Notes: generated from the sequence alone by a model not told the origin. Positions 19,364 through 29,229 are shown, counted from the stretch's first letter. The stretch is DNA of 64,000 nt from Candidatus Dojkabacteria bacterium (GCA_050950165.1 JBMNHC010000001.1:255151-319150); one strand, 5' to 3'. Numbers and translations are program-made.

Positions 19364-20197
19364 ATGAAACAACACCCTATTCCACAAAATGTACTAGATG
19401 TCGAATTCAAACTCTTTACGAAATTTACACTTAAAGAGTTTGCTTACCTTGCATTAGGAGTCGGTACAGGAGGAATATTTCTCTACTTTACGGTAAGGGG
19501 AGATATACCTGGCATTATAGGGATTCCCATCTTTGCAATACTCTCTGGAATAGGAGCATTCCTTGCTTTAGTTCCCATAAACGATCAACCAGCAGATAAA
19601 GCAATTGTAAATTTCTTCTCTGTAATAAATAGGCCTACTCAACGAGTATGGTTAAATCAAGCTATGAAAGAACAGAGAACAAAACCTCTTGTAAATCCAA
19701 ATATGGATAAAAAGAAAATAATAGGGGCATCTACAGAGAAGGAGAAGGAAGAGAAAGCACAGATTTTTACAGAAAAAACAGGAGACGATATCCTAGCTGA
19801 AGCAGAAAGTATAGAAGAGGTTACTACAAAAGAAGAGAAAAAAGAAACACCTGTATTAAGAAATGATGATGAATATATTACAATAACGGAAGAGAATATT
19901 GATAAATACCAAGTTCCAATAAAAAGTGTTGATCAACTACCTGGTAATATTAATATCTGGCTTACTACCAAAGATAGTCAACCAATCCCTAGTATAAATA
20001 CATATTTAAAAGATTCTAATGGTAAAATTCTCTATGCAAACAAAACTGGTCCAAATGGATATTTCTTAACAAACAAGATACTTCCTCCTGGTTTGTATAT
20101 AGTAGAATTTGAAGGTACAATTTCTACTTTACCAAAATTAAAAATATTAGTTGGTGAAAACCAAAGTAAATTACCTTTAAAGATAATGCCTACATAA
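19364..20197 (+). CDS. PrgI-like (VirB3-like) type IV secretion membrane protein with a C-terminal transthyretin/CarboxypepD_reg-like domain
   Basis: MKQHPIPQNVLDVEFKLFTKFTLKEFAYLALGVGTGGIFLYF matches the PrgI-family N-terminus and two TM helices. The C-terminus (DSNGKILYANKTGPNGYFLTNKILPPGLYIVEF) resembles a prealbumin-like fold. The ORF-track start at 19298 is a TTG extension. Confidence 0.65.
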   Translation: MKQHPIPQNVLDVEFKLFTKFTLKEFAYLALGVGTGGIFLYFTVRGDIPGIIGIPIFAILSGIGAFLALVPINDQPADKAIVNFFSVINRPTQRVWLNQAMKEQRTKPLVNPNMDKKKIIGASTEKEKEEKAQIFTEKTGDDILAEAESIEEVTTKEEKKETPVLRNDDEYITITEENIDKYQVPIKSVDQLPGNINIWLTTKDSQPIPSINTYLKDSNGKILYANKTGPNGYFLTNKILPPGLYIVEFEGTISTLPKLKILVGENQSKLPLKIMPT

Positions 20198-20862
20198 TGG
20201 ATAGTCGAGCGAGAGCAAGAACAACTGCCTCTACCCAAGAGCATTTAGAAGTCAAAGACATTGTAGATGATTTAATCATTACAAAGAGTGGTAGTGCTGT
20301 ACTAGTAATACAGACCTCTGCAATTAACTTTGATCTTCTAGCTGAGTATGAGCAAGATAGTAAGATTTATGCTTTTGCAGGTTTACTTAACTCACTAAAC
20401 TTCCATATACAAATTTTAATAAGAACTAGAAGGATAGATATTTCTAACTATGTTGACTACTTAAAGAGTCAAGATAGATCTACTATGTCTGAGGGTCTTC
20501 AAAAGCAATTAGATATATATACCGAATTTATACAAAACCTAATCATTCAAAATGATGTATTAGATAAAACATTTTTAATAGTGATACCATTTAATACAGC
20601 AGCAGAAATTCCTGGTTCATCATTATTAAAATCTAAAAAAACAAAAGAGGAGATGGAGAAAGCTATGCAGATGAAACAAGAACAGCTAATAGAGAAAGCT
20701 AAAATATTCCTCTACCCTAAAAGAGACCACATATTAAAACAGTTAGGAAGAATGGGACTCTTTGGACACCAATTGACAAATAAAGAGTTAATAGCAGAGC
20801 TATACACCATATATAATCCAGATGAAGAAGCACAAAGGCAGGATGGACAACCAACAGAATAA
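20197..20862 (+). CDS. VirB4 N-terminal-domain-like protein (a separate ORF, or the upstream half of a frameshifted VirB4)
   Basis: LVIQTSAINFDLLAEYEQDSKIYAFAGLLNSLNFHIQILIRT resembles the N-terminal domain of Gram-positive VirB4/TrsE/PrgJ-type ATPases (the ...PINF.L.S..EQ... pattern). It overlaps the next ORF by 41 nt in a different frame. Confidence 0.55.
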   Translation: MDSRARARTTASTQEHLEVKDIVDDLIITKSGSAVLVIQTSAINFDLLAEYEQDSKIYAFAGLLNSLNFHIQILIRTRRIDISNYVDYLKSQDRSTMSEGLQKQLDIYTEFIQNLIIQNDVLDKTFLIVIPFNTAAEIPGSSLLKSKKTKEEMEKAMQMKQEQLIEKAKIFLYPKRDHILKQLGRMGLFGHQLTNKELIAELYTIYNPDEEAQRQDGQPTE

Positions 20863-23224
20863 AAACAACTACATGTCAAAAACTTCACAGATGCTCGATG
20901 AGCGTCAGAATAAGTTTGAAAATAAATATGCTACTTTCCAAGAAGATCTAAAAAAAGAACTAAGTACTGTTGAGAGGACAGAGAAGAACCCTAATATGAA
21001 AGAGAGATACAACGATCCTAAAGAAGAGAAAGATAATAGGAATCCCCTATTTAAATTCTTAGATACTTTTAAAGCAGGTCTTAGTAAAAAGAAAGAGAAA
21101 GAAAAAATAGAGGAGTTAAGAGAGCAACCTCAGGTTGGAAAATTTGAAGGATTAACTACACAAGACATAATAGCTCCAATAGATATTGAAGTAGATTTTA
21201 ATACTCTCCTAATGGGTAATTACTACTCTAGAACATTCTTCATTAGTGGATACCCTAGATTTGTAGGACCAAATTGGCTCTCTCCAATAATTAACTTCGA
21301 ACATTCTCTTCGAATTAGTACATTCTACTACCCAGTAGACTCAAAAGTCATTTTAGATAAACTTAAGAAAAAAATAGGAGAGATGGAAGCTACACTCTAC
21401 TCTCAGATGGAGGATAGAAAGGTAGTTGACCCTTCACTTAAAGTAGCCCTCTCTGACGCACAACAACTGCAAGACTCCATAGCAGAGGGTGTTGAGAAGT
21501 TTTTCCATTTCGCTATGTATATTACAATCTACGCTCCTTCTAAAGATTTACTAGAGAAATATTCTCGAAATGTTACCTCTACATTAGCTGCAATGAATGT
21601 GACAGCAAAATCAGCCACTCTTCAACAAGAAGCTGCATTCATTAGTACACAACCGTTAGGATTAGACAAGCTATACATAACAAGAAATATGGATACTACA
21701 TCACTAGCTACCACATTCCCATTTGTAACATCTGAGCTAACAATGGACCATGGAATCATGTATGGAATAAATATGCACAACAAGAGCTTAGTCATATTTG
21801 ATAGGTTTGAGTTAGAGAATGCTAATGCAGTAATATTTGCAAAATCAGGAGCAGGAAAAAGCTACTTTGTTAAACTAGAAGCTGTTAGAAGCTTAATGCT
21901 TGGTAGCCATATAATCATAATTGATCCAGAAAGAGAGTATGAAGATTTAGCTAAGGCTGTAAATGGAGCATATATATCATTCTCACAAGATAAAGGGAAT
22001 AAGATGAACCCATTCGATCTCTCTGGTGTTTCAGAAGAAGGAGATGATGAACTAAGAATGAAACTACTAGCACTACAAGGCTTCTTTAAAGTAATGTTTG
22101 AAGGATTAACGAATATAGAATCTTCAATACTAGATAGAGCCTTGATACTAGCATACAGAGAGAAAGGAATTACATATGACCCAGCTACACAGAATAGACC
22201 TGCTCCACTACTAGAAGATCTGTATAAAGTGCTAAAAGGGATGGCAGAACCTGAAGCTCACGAACTAGCACGAAGAATGGAGAAATATATCATAGGAAGT
22301 GGTGCAGGCATATTTAATGAGGCAAGTAACTTTGAGATAAACAATCCTTTTACCGTATTTAGTATTAGAGACCTACAAGAAGAATTAAAACCATTAGCTA
22401 TGTACTTAATGTTAGACTTCATATGGACAAAGATACGAAAAGATCAGCGTAGAAGATTGCTCATTGTAGATGAGGCTTGGTATATGATGCAGAGTGAAGA
22501 TTCTGCCAAATTTATGTATTCAATAGCTAAAAGAGCTAGAAAATACTACTTAGGACTCTCTACCATTACTCAAGATGTTGCTGACTTTATGAACAATGAT
22601 ATGGGTAAAGCAATCATATCTAACTCATCAATTCAAGTATTGATGAAACAGAGTCCATCTGCAGTAGAAAAATTACAACAAGTATTTAATCTCTCTGATG
22701 GAGAGAGAAACTTCTTACTTAACTGTGACAGAGGACAAGGACTCTTCTTTGCAGGAGCAAACCATGTAGGTATACAGGTACTCTCTAGTCAAGCAGAACA
22801 TGAGTTAATAACATCAGATCCAAGAGAGATAGAAGCTAGAAAACAACAACAGGGAATGACAGATACAAGAACAATTACACAGTTAGCACAGATATACGAT
22901 CCTCCTGCAGTACAACAACCTATGAAAGCTGGAACAGAAGACCTTACTAAACAGAGCGAATTAATACAGAGAGCAGTAGAGAGAAGGCAAGAAGATATTC
23001 AAACGATTCAAACAGAACGAGAGAAATATCAAGAGGAACTAGAGAAGAGATTAAAGGAACAGGAAGAGATGTTAAATCCTAAGAAGGTAGAATTAAATAA
23101 AACTTTTACAGAGATAATAGAGGAGAATACTGTACCAGGGCAGATTAAAAAACAGAGAGAAGAATTGAATAAAGGAAGAACTCATATAACTCCACAAGGA
23201 ATGATAGGCAATGACGAACAATAA
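20822..23224 (+). CDS. VirB4/TrsE/TraC-family type IV secretion ATPase (C-terminal ATPase portion)
   Basis: A YSRTFFISGYPRFV block is followed by Walker A AKSGAGKS and Walker B LLIVDEAW. The N-terminus is K/E-rich low complexity and a coiled-coil tail lies at the C-terminus. Confidence 0.85.
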   Translation: MKKHKGRMDNQQNKNNYMSKTSQMLDERQNKFENKYATFQEDLKKELSTVERTEKNPNMKERYNDPKEEKDNRNPLFKFLDTFKAGLSKKKEKEKIEELREQPQVGKFEGLTTQDIIAPIDIEVDFNTLLMGNYYSRTFFISGYPRFVGPNWLSPIINFEHSLRISTFYYPVDSKVILDKLKKKIGEMEATLYSQMEDRKVVDPSLKVALSDAQQLQDSIAEGVEKFFHFAMYITIYAPSKDLLEKYSRNVTSTLAAMNVTAKSATLQQEAAFISTQPLGLDKLYITRNMDTTSLATTFPFVTSELTMDHGIMYGINMHNKSLVIFDRFELENANAVIFAKSGAGKSYFVKLEAVRSLMLGSHIIIIDPEREYEDLAKAVNGAYISFSQDKGNKMNPFDLSGVSEEGDDELRMKLLALQGFFKVMFEGLTNIESSILDRALILAYREKGITYDPATQNRPAPLLEDLYKVLKGMAEPEAHELARRMEKYIIGSGAGIFNEASNFEINNPFTVFSIRDLQEELKPLAMYLMLDFIWTKIRKDQRRRLLIVDEAWYMMQSEDSAKFMYSIAKRARKYYLGLSTITQDVADFMNNDMGKAIISNSSIQVLMKQSPSAVEKLQQVFNLSDGERNFLLNCDRGQGLFFAGANHVGIQVLSSQAEHELITSDPREIEARKQQQGMTDTRTITQLAQIYDPPAVQQPMKAGTEDLTKQSELIQRAVERRQEDIQTIQTEREKYQEELEKRLKEQEEMLNPKKVELNKTFTEIIEENTVPGQIKKQREELNKGRTHITPQGMIGNDEQ

Positions 23225-23429
23225 AGTTGATACAAAAAAATATCTAATTACAGAAGCAGTAGATATTAAAAATATCTCTCAACAAAAAATAGAGGAGGAT
23301 TTAAAACTACTAGAGAAACAGGAACAGCGAGTCTCTGCTAAAACAGATATCTCAAGAGGAAGTAGTAATATAAAATTAACAAGAGTTATGAAAGCTCTGC
23401 AACTCTCTAACCCATTTAAAGGATACTAA
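23211..23429 (+). CDS. Small hypothetical ORF (72 aa) overlapping the 3' end of the VirB4-like gene
   Basis: The only support is an ATG ORF with a 14-nt overlap. It may be spurious. Confidence 0.2.
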   Translation: MTNNKVDTKKYLITEAVDIKNISQQKIEEDLKLLEKQEQRVSAKTDISRGSSNIKLTRVMKALQLSNPFKGY

Positions 23430-24574
23430 TTTAAAGGTCCTTGATCTGGTAATACATACTCCTTTACATTCTCAGGTGTAATTACAATAGGGAGAGGATG
23501 CCCACTAACAATCTGTCTTGCTGCACTTCTAGCAAGTGTAGCTATATTCCTCTCTAGTTGACGAATTCCTGCATCAAAACCCACTGGTCTAATTAGCAGA
23601 GGCCAAACCTCTTCCTTAATTTGTAGTTGCTCTGCACTTAATCCAATATTCTTAAGCACTTTAGGAAGAATATATGATTTAGCAATAACATGTTTCTCTT
23701 CATCAGAGTAGCTAGTAAATCTAATCATCTCTACCCTATCTAGTAAAGCTGCAGATAATCCTCCCAAGTTATTAGCAGTACAGATAAAAAAGACCTGAGA
23801 GAGATTAACAGGATAATCTAGGTAGTGATCTACAAAAGCAGAGTTCTGTTCAGGATCTAAAATCTCTAGCAGAGCTGCCATAACATCATTTAAAAGACCC
23901 ACATTTCCACTAGCCTTCTCTATCTCATCTATTAAAATCACTGGATTCATCGATTGAGTTCGTACCAATGCCTTAATGATCTGTCCCGGCTCTGCATCTA
24001 TCTCATGTCTAGGAGTCCCTCTTAGCGTTCTAACATCTCCAATTGCACCAAGAGATACCCTAGCAAACTTTCTACCCATAGCTTGTGCTATAGATTTAGC
24101 AATAGAGGTCTTTCCTACACCCTGTAAGCCAAGAAAAAGCAATACAGGAGCATTCGCAGAAGACCCTCTTAAACTACTCGCCTCTTCCTCTTGAACAGTA
24201 TTCCCTCTCTTTTGTAACTGCATAACTGCAAGATAGTCAAGAATCAAATTCTTTACAGTATCCATACCGTAGTGAGTAGAATCCATTAACTCTTTTGCAT
24301 TATTTATATCCAATCTATCCTCCGTAACTACTCCCCAAGGAACTCTTATAGCCCAATCTATATATTTATCAACACTCTCAAACTCCGAACTATAACTACC
24401 CCACTTAGCTATCCTCTCTAAACGATCTATCGTCCTCATTATATTCTCTTTCAACTCAATAGGGGCATTAGAAGAACTAAGCTTATTCCTTAGCTCTACA
24501 ATCTCTGAGATTAATGAAGTATTCCCACCGTTATCGGTTTTTAAGGCAGTATTATCCATATCAAAATATATCAC
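23426..24574 (-). CDS. Lon-like AAA+ ATPase domain protein lacking the N-terminal LON domain and the C-terminal S16 protease domain
   Basis: Residues THYGMDTVKNLILDYLAV...LLFLGLQGVGKTSIAKSIAQAMGRKFARVSLG...PVILIDEIEK...LEILDPEQNSAFVDHYLDYPVNLSQVFFICTANN...LLDRVEMIRFTSYSDEEK align with the Lon ATPase module. The protein ends right after the AAA lid. Confidence 0.75.
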   Translation of the reverse strand: MIYFDMDNTALKTDNGGNTSLISEIVELRNKLSSSNAPIELKENIMRTIDRLERIAKWGSYSSEFESVDKYIDWAIRVPWGVVTEDRLDINNAKELMDSTHYGMDTVKNLILDYLAVMQLQKRGNTVQEEEASSLRGSSANAPVLLFLGLQGVGKTSIAKSIAQAMGRKFARVSLGAIGDVRTLRGTPRHEIDAEPGQIIKALVRTQSMNPVILIDEIEKASGNVGLLNDVMAALLEILDPEQNSAFVDHYLDYPVNLSQVFFICTANNLGGLSAALLDRVEMIRFTSYSDEEKHVIAKSYILPKVLKNIGLSAEQLQIKEEVWPLLIRPVGFDAGIRQLERNIATLARSAARQIVSGHPLPIVITPENVKEYVLPDQGPLN

Positions 24575-24597
24575 ATTAAAGACACACTTGCATAATC

Positions 24598-25884
24598 TTA
24601 GTTACCTGAAAGCACAGCTTCCTTTAGAGCATTAGCTGCATATTTAACATCCTCTCCGTTGTTGTATATACCGAAACTAAACCTAAGAGATGGACCAACC
24701 TCAAACCTATCATGAAGAGGTTCTGCACAATGATACCCCTCTCTAAAAGCTATCCCTTTCCTATCCAAGAACTTAGATATACTACTACCATCTTTTTTTG
24801 TTTCCATACTCAATACATCCTTACATCCTCTAAATGTAAAACCTTTAATATGGAAAGCTACAGCCCCATATCTCAGATTACTCTCTCTAGGACCAAATGG
24901 AACAAACCACTCTATACCATCAAACTCTTCAAGAAGATAACCTATTAACTCCTGCTCATGTTGAATTAAAGCCCTCCAACCCCCAACTCTCTTTAGAACA
25001 CCCTCAAGCCACTCAATTGCATACCCAAGTACAATACCTCCTCCGATATCTGGAGTCCCTGCTTCAAACTTCCAAGGCAATTCATTATACTCAAACCCTT
25101 TAGAAGAAACAGAAGAGATCATCTCTCCACCTCCCATCCATGGCCTTAATTTATCTAAAATCTCTTCCTTACAATACACCACACCTGTTCCTGTTGGAGC
25201 ATATACCTTGTGACCAGAAAATACTAAAGCATCACACCCAATATCTTGTACATCAACTTTAACATGAGCAATACTTTGAGCTGCATCCACTATCGTAAAA
25301 GAGCCATTCTTCTTACCCAGCTCACATATTTTCTTAACATTATTTTTAACACCTAATACATTAGAAATATGTACCACAGATATTATCTTTATCCTTCTAC
25401 CATATTTCCTAATTAACTCTTCTAACCAATCTATATCTAAATTATAATCATCTCTAACTGGAATATACTCTATCTTAAAAGGTATCTCCTTTTGCAGAAG
25501 CATCCAAGATACAATATTACTGTGATGCTCCATCTCACTAATTACAACAATATCATCCTTACCAAGAAGCTCTCTACCTACTGTATTGACTAACATATTC
25601 AACCCCTCTGTAGTATTCTTAACAAACAGTACCTCTCTAAATGACTTTGCATTGATAAAAGATGCAACCTTTTTATGAGCCCACTCCCAAAACTCAGTAG
25701 CCTCTAAAGAGAGCTTGTAGGGACCTCTATGTATATTTGCATTCTGATGAGTATAGTAGTAAGTAAGCCTCTCTATTACATAACTAGGCTTCTGGGTAGT
25801 AGCTGCACTATCTAAATATACAAGTCCTCTTTTTAAGAAAGAATCTTTTAAAATTGGAAACTCTTTTCTAATATCTTCAAACAC
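24598..25884 (-). CDS. Cysteine desulfurase-like class V aminotransferase (SufS/NifS/CsdA-type)
   Basis: ANIHRGPYKLS, HHSNIVSW and the PLP-lysine context SGHKVYAPTGTGV are present. Length is 428 aa. Confidence 0.8.
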   Translation of the reverse strand: MFEDIRKEFPILKDSFLKRGLVYLDSAATTQKPSYVIERLTYYYTHQNANIHRGPYKLSLEATEFWEWAHKKVASFINAKSFREVLFVKNTTEGLNMLVNTVGRELLGKDDIVVISEMEHHSNIVSWMLLQKEIPFKIEYIPVRDDYNLDIDWLEELIRKYGRRIKIISVVHISNVLGVKNNVKKICELGKKNGSFTIVDAAQSIAHVKVDVQDIGCDALVFSGHKVYAPTGTGVVYCKEEILDKLRPWMGGGEMISSVSSKGFEYNELPWKFEAGTPDIGGGIVLGYAIEWLEGVLKRVGGWRALIQHEQELIGYLLEEFDGIEWFVPFGPRESNLRYGAVAFHIKGFTFRGCKDVLSMETKKDGSSISKFLDRKGIAFREGYHCAEPLHDRFEVGPSLRFSFGIYNNGEDVKYAANALKEAVLSGN

Positions 25885-25901
25885 TTTTAATATAAATAAA
25901 A

Positions 25902-26462
25902 TTAGAAATTCTCAGACATCTTACTTGCCTGTACAGTCATATCTCCCATATATTTACTATTCAAACCTGAGGAACCGTAAGGTCTCTCACACTCTCTATC
26001 CAACTCTTCAAAAGCTATCTGTGCTATCTTCATACCCTCATATATTGTAATTGGCAAAGGAGAGAGATTCGCTATCTCCAATGTTAACCTCAATCTATTA
26101 CCAGGATCCAAAAATCCTGCAGTAGCATGAATAATTAACCCCATTCTCCCTAATGAACTCTTACCTTCCAATCTACCCACATGTTTGTTATCTACACCTG
26201 TAATCTCTTTTACATTTGCTAAAACAAATTCACCAGGTTCAAGTGTATATCCCATCTCACTATCTATCTCTATCTTTAACATTAAATCCTTTGCCGATTT
26301 CTTAACATCTATACCCTTATATTTTTTAGTATTAAATACCAATATATTTTTATCCAAAGAGAGATCATATGAAGCAGGTTGTAAACAATCAATTGAAAAC
26401 GGCTCAATACTAATCTCTTTACTCTTTAGTTTCTCTTTTATACTTCTATCTGAAAGAATCAT
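25902..26462 (-). CDS. dcd: dCTP deaminase
   Basis: MILSDRSIKE...IEPFSIDCLQPASYDLSL...GEFVLA...LEGKSSLGRMGL is the Dcd signature. Confidence 0.9.
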   Translation of the reverse strand: MILSDRSIKEKLKSKEISIEPFSIDCLQPASYDLSLDKNILVFNTKKYKGIDVKKSAKDLMLKIEIDSEMGYTLEPGEFVLANVKEITGVDNKHVGRLEGKSSLGRMGLIIHATAGFLDPGNRLRLTLEIANLSPLPITIYEGMKIAQIAFEELDRECERPYGSSGLNSKYMGDMTVQASKMSENF

Positions 26463-26479
26463 AACTGTATTGAATAAAA

Positions 26480-27337
26480 TTAAAATCTCTTAACATTCCT
26501 CTCATATATCTCAACAACATTAAGTATAAGTGATGCTACTGTCATAGGTCCAACACCACCGGGAATAGGAGAGAGAAAAGAAGCAACCTTACTAACACTA
26601 TTAAACTTTACATCACCAACCATCTTTTCCTTATCATTTATATTAATACCTACATCTATAACTACAGAATTCTCTTTCACAAAATCTTTATCTATATATT
26701 CTCCTTTACCAATAGCAACGACCAATATATCTGCTTGAGTAGTAATTTTCTTAAGTTGCTTAGTATGAGAATGACACACTGTTACAGTAGCATTATTATT
26801 TTGTAAAACAGCAGAAGTAGGCAATCCAACAATATTACTCCTTCCTACTACTACAGCCTTTGCACCATCAATATTAATCTTGTACTCCTTTAACAATTCT
26901 AAAATCCCTCTAGCTGTAGCAGGGATAATAGCAGTATTATCATTTTTAAAAAGTTTACCTAAATTAGATGAAGTAAGCCCATCTACATCCTTTTCTACCC
27001 ATATACTATCCAGTACAACTGAAGTATCAATACCGTCAGGAAGAGGTAATTGTACCATTACTCCATCCACCCTACTGTCCTGATTGAGCTCTCTAACAAG
27101 AGAAAGAAGCTCCTCAGTAGAAACATTAGTATCAAACTCATGTAAAACAACCTTTATACCTATCTCACAAGCTCTATCCATCTTCAAACCTACATATTTC
27201 TTACTAGCGAAATCTTCACCAACTAGAATAATATCTAACCTAGGAACCCTATTCCCATTTTCAATACTTTCTAAAATTCTTAATTTAAGAGTACTTAATA
27301 TTTTCTCTGAAAGTTTTTTACCATCTAGTAGAATCAT
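26480..27337 (-). CDS. folD: Bifunctional methylenetetrahydrofolate dehydrogenase / methenyl-THF cyclohydrolase
   Basis: PRLDIILVGEDFASKKYVGLKMDRACEIGI...VNPDGID...KAVVVGRSNIVGLP is a FolD-typical block. Confidence 0.9.
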   Translation of the reverse strand: MILLDGKKLSEKILSTLKLRILESIENGNRVPRLDIILVGEDFASKKYVGLKMDRACEIGIKVVLHEFDTNVSTEELLSLVRELNQDSRVDGVMVQLPLPDGIDTSVVLDSIWVEKDVDGLTSSNLGKLFKNDNTAIIPATARGILELLKEYKINIDGAKAVVVGRSNIVGLPTSAVLQNNNATVTVCHSHTKQLKKITTQADILVVAIGKGEYIDKDFVKENSVVIDVGININDKEKMVGDVKFNSVSKVASFLSPIPGGVGPMTVASLILNVVEIYERNVKRF

Positions 27338-27404
27338 GTTTTCAAGTCAAACAAATATCTTTAATAATGTATTTTACAAAATATTAATAATCTTTGCGAA
27401 ACAC

Positions 27405-29213
27405 CTATTGATTATACTTAACCTCTTTGTAGAACACCCCTTTTCTCTTAATCAACTCTCTCCAGTTACCCGTCTCAACGATAGAGCCATCTTTAAAGAC
27501 ATAGATTTTATCAAACTCATCCAACATATCAGTATCTCTTGTTAAGAGAATCAATGTTCTATCTGGACCAACAAAATCTATAATATTTCTTAAAAGAACA
27601 TCTCTAGAAGGTGCATCTATGAAAGTAAAAGGTTCATCCATGATAAAGATATCTCTATTCCTATACAAAGCCCTCGCTATCGCAAACCTTTGCCAGTGAC
27701 CAGGAGAGAGCTCTTTCCCATCTAGGTATTTACCTAGTATTAACCTATCTGTAATCTTCTCTCTCTTCATAAATTTATCTATCTCACAAACCTTTAAAAC
27801 CTTTTTGTATAGCTCCATATTTATATTCTTGTTTTCACTCGTTAAAGTAATATTCTCTCTAATACTAAAGTTGTAGTTTACATAGTTTTGAAATACAACA
27901 GACAGCTTTCTCTTAAGCTCTCCTCGTGCTAATTCTTTAATTGAATATTCACCCACCTGATAATCACCTGCTGTTACCTCATACAACCCTGTTAATATCT
28001 TAATTAAACTACTCTTACCAGATGCATCACCTCCAAAAAATACAACTTTCTCTCCAGCCTTTATCTCAACAGAAACATTTTTCAAAACTCTAGTCTCTGG
28101 TTCATCTGGATATGCAAAATTTAATCTACTAAATACTAGATCAGGAACTTTCCTACCCAATTTCGCAAACCCATGTTTCTCATCTCCAAAACCCTTGTAA
28201 TGAATCAATTCAAAATATTTAGATGCATATGCTAGATGTGTATCCAGAAGAGATATTGTATTAAATGCCAACAAAGCACTACTGTGTACTACCTCTACAT
28301 AGTTAAAGAGTGCACTAAATCTACCGATTGTAATCTTATGTATTATTACATACGCTACCAGATACACTATGTACACATACTTAAACAACTGTCCAACTAC
28401 TCCACCAAATATTTCATCTATAGTGAAATGCTTACGTCTTTCAAAAAGACCATCTAAATATTCATTCTTCTCTTTTCGATATCTCTTTCTCAAAAAATCA
28501 TAAGTATTATCTACTCTTAACTCCATAAAATTACGAATATCCATACTAAGAGTAGAATATATATAGCTTGTTAACTTTAATCTCCCCATCTGTGCATCAT
28601 CATAGAGCTGTATTTTCTTTCTATTAAAATGATTTAAGAAGACTTCTGGTAGTACAAAAACTACTAAAAGAAGAGCACTCCAACCTAGATATGAGTAGAG
28701 AATTATAAATGCAGTAATACCTCTTGTTAGTTGATAAATGATTACAGAAAACGCCTCATATGAAAGAAGCATATTATTTATCGAATAGTTGGGAATAAAA
28801 TCGATTAAATTCTGTACCTGTGGTTTCTCTACATCCTGAAGATTAGCATTAGATATCTTACCGATAAGCTCAACCCCTGTATCTTTCCATACCTTACCAT
28901 TAATATTACCAGAGATATACATTCGAATATCTGTACCTATTAAAACAAAAATCAGAAGAAGAAGAGATATACATAGATAGTAGAAAGAATCTGTAGAAAG
29001 ATATGCATATATATCAAAGGTTCCTGTAGACTGTTTAATTACATCTAGAGTAGCATCTAAGAACTTACCAGCAACAGTAATACCTACCATCTCAGCAGTA
29101 ATTACTACTATAAATACTAAATCCCTAAATACAACCTCTTTGGTATATCTACCGTAAAAGAACTGTATAACGTACCACAATGTTTTCAGTTTATTCTGTA
29201 TAATGGAGTTCAT
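27405..29213 (-). CDS. ABC transporter, fused permease/ATP-binding protein (exporter type)
   Basis: The N-terminal multi-TM domain is followed by Walker A GGDASGKSS, the ABC signature LSPGHWQR and Walker B IFIMDEP. Confidence 0.85.
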   Translation of the reverse strand: MNSIIQNKLKTLWYVIQFFYGRYTKEVVFRDLVFIVVITAEMVGITVAGKFLDATLDVIKQSTGTFDIYAYLSTDSFYYLCISLLLLIFVLIGTDIRMYISGNINGKVWKDTGVELIGKISNANLQDVEKPQVQNLIDFIPNYSINNMLLSYEAFSVIIYQLTRGITAFIILYSYLGWSALLLVVFVLPEVFLNHFNRKKIQLYDDAQMGRLKLTSYIYSTLSMDIRNFMELRVDNTYDFLRKRYRKEKNEYLDGLFERRKHFTIDEIFGGVVGQLFKYVYIVYLVAYVIIHKITIGRFSALFNYVEVVHSSALLAFNTISLLDTHLAYASKYFELIHYKGFGDEKHGFAKLGRKVPDLVFSRLNFAYPDEPETRVLKNVSVEIKAGEKVVFFGGDASGKSSLIKILTGLYEVTAGDYQVGEYSIKELARGELKRKLSVVFQNYVNYNFSIRENITLTSENKNINMELYKKVLKVCEIDKFMKREKITDRLILGKYLDGKELSPGHWQRFAIARALYRNRDIFIMDEPFTFIDAPSRDVLLRNIIDFVGPDRTLILLTRDTDMLDEFDKIYVFKDGSIVETGNWRELIKRKGVFYKEVKYNQ

Positions 29214-29229
29214 CTAAGAATATAATAGC

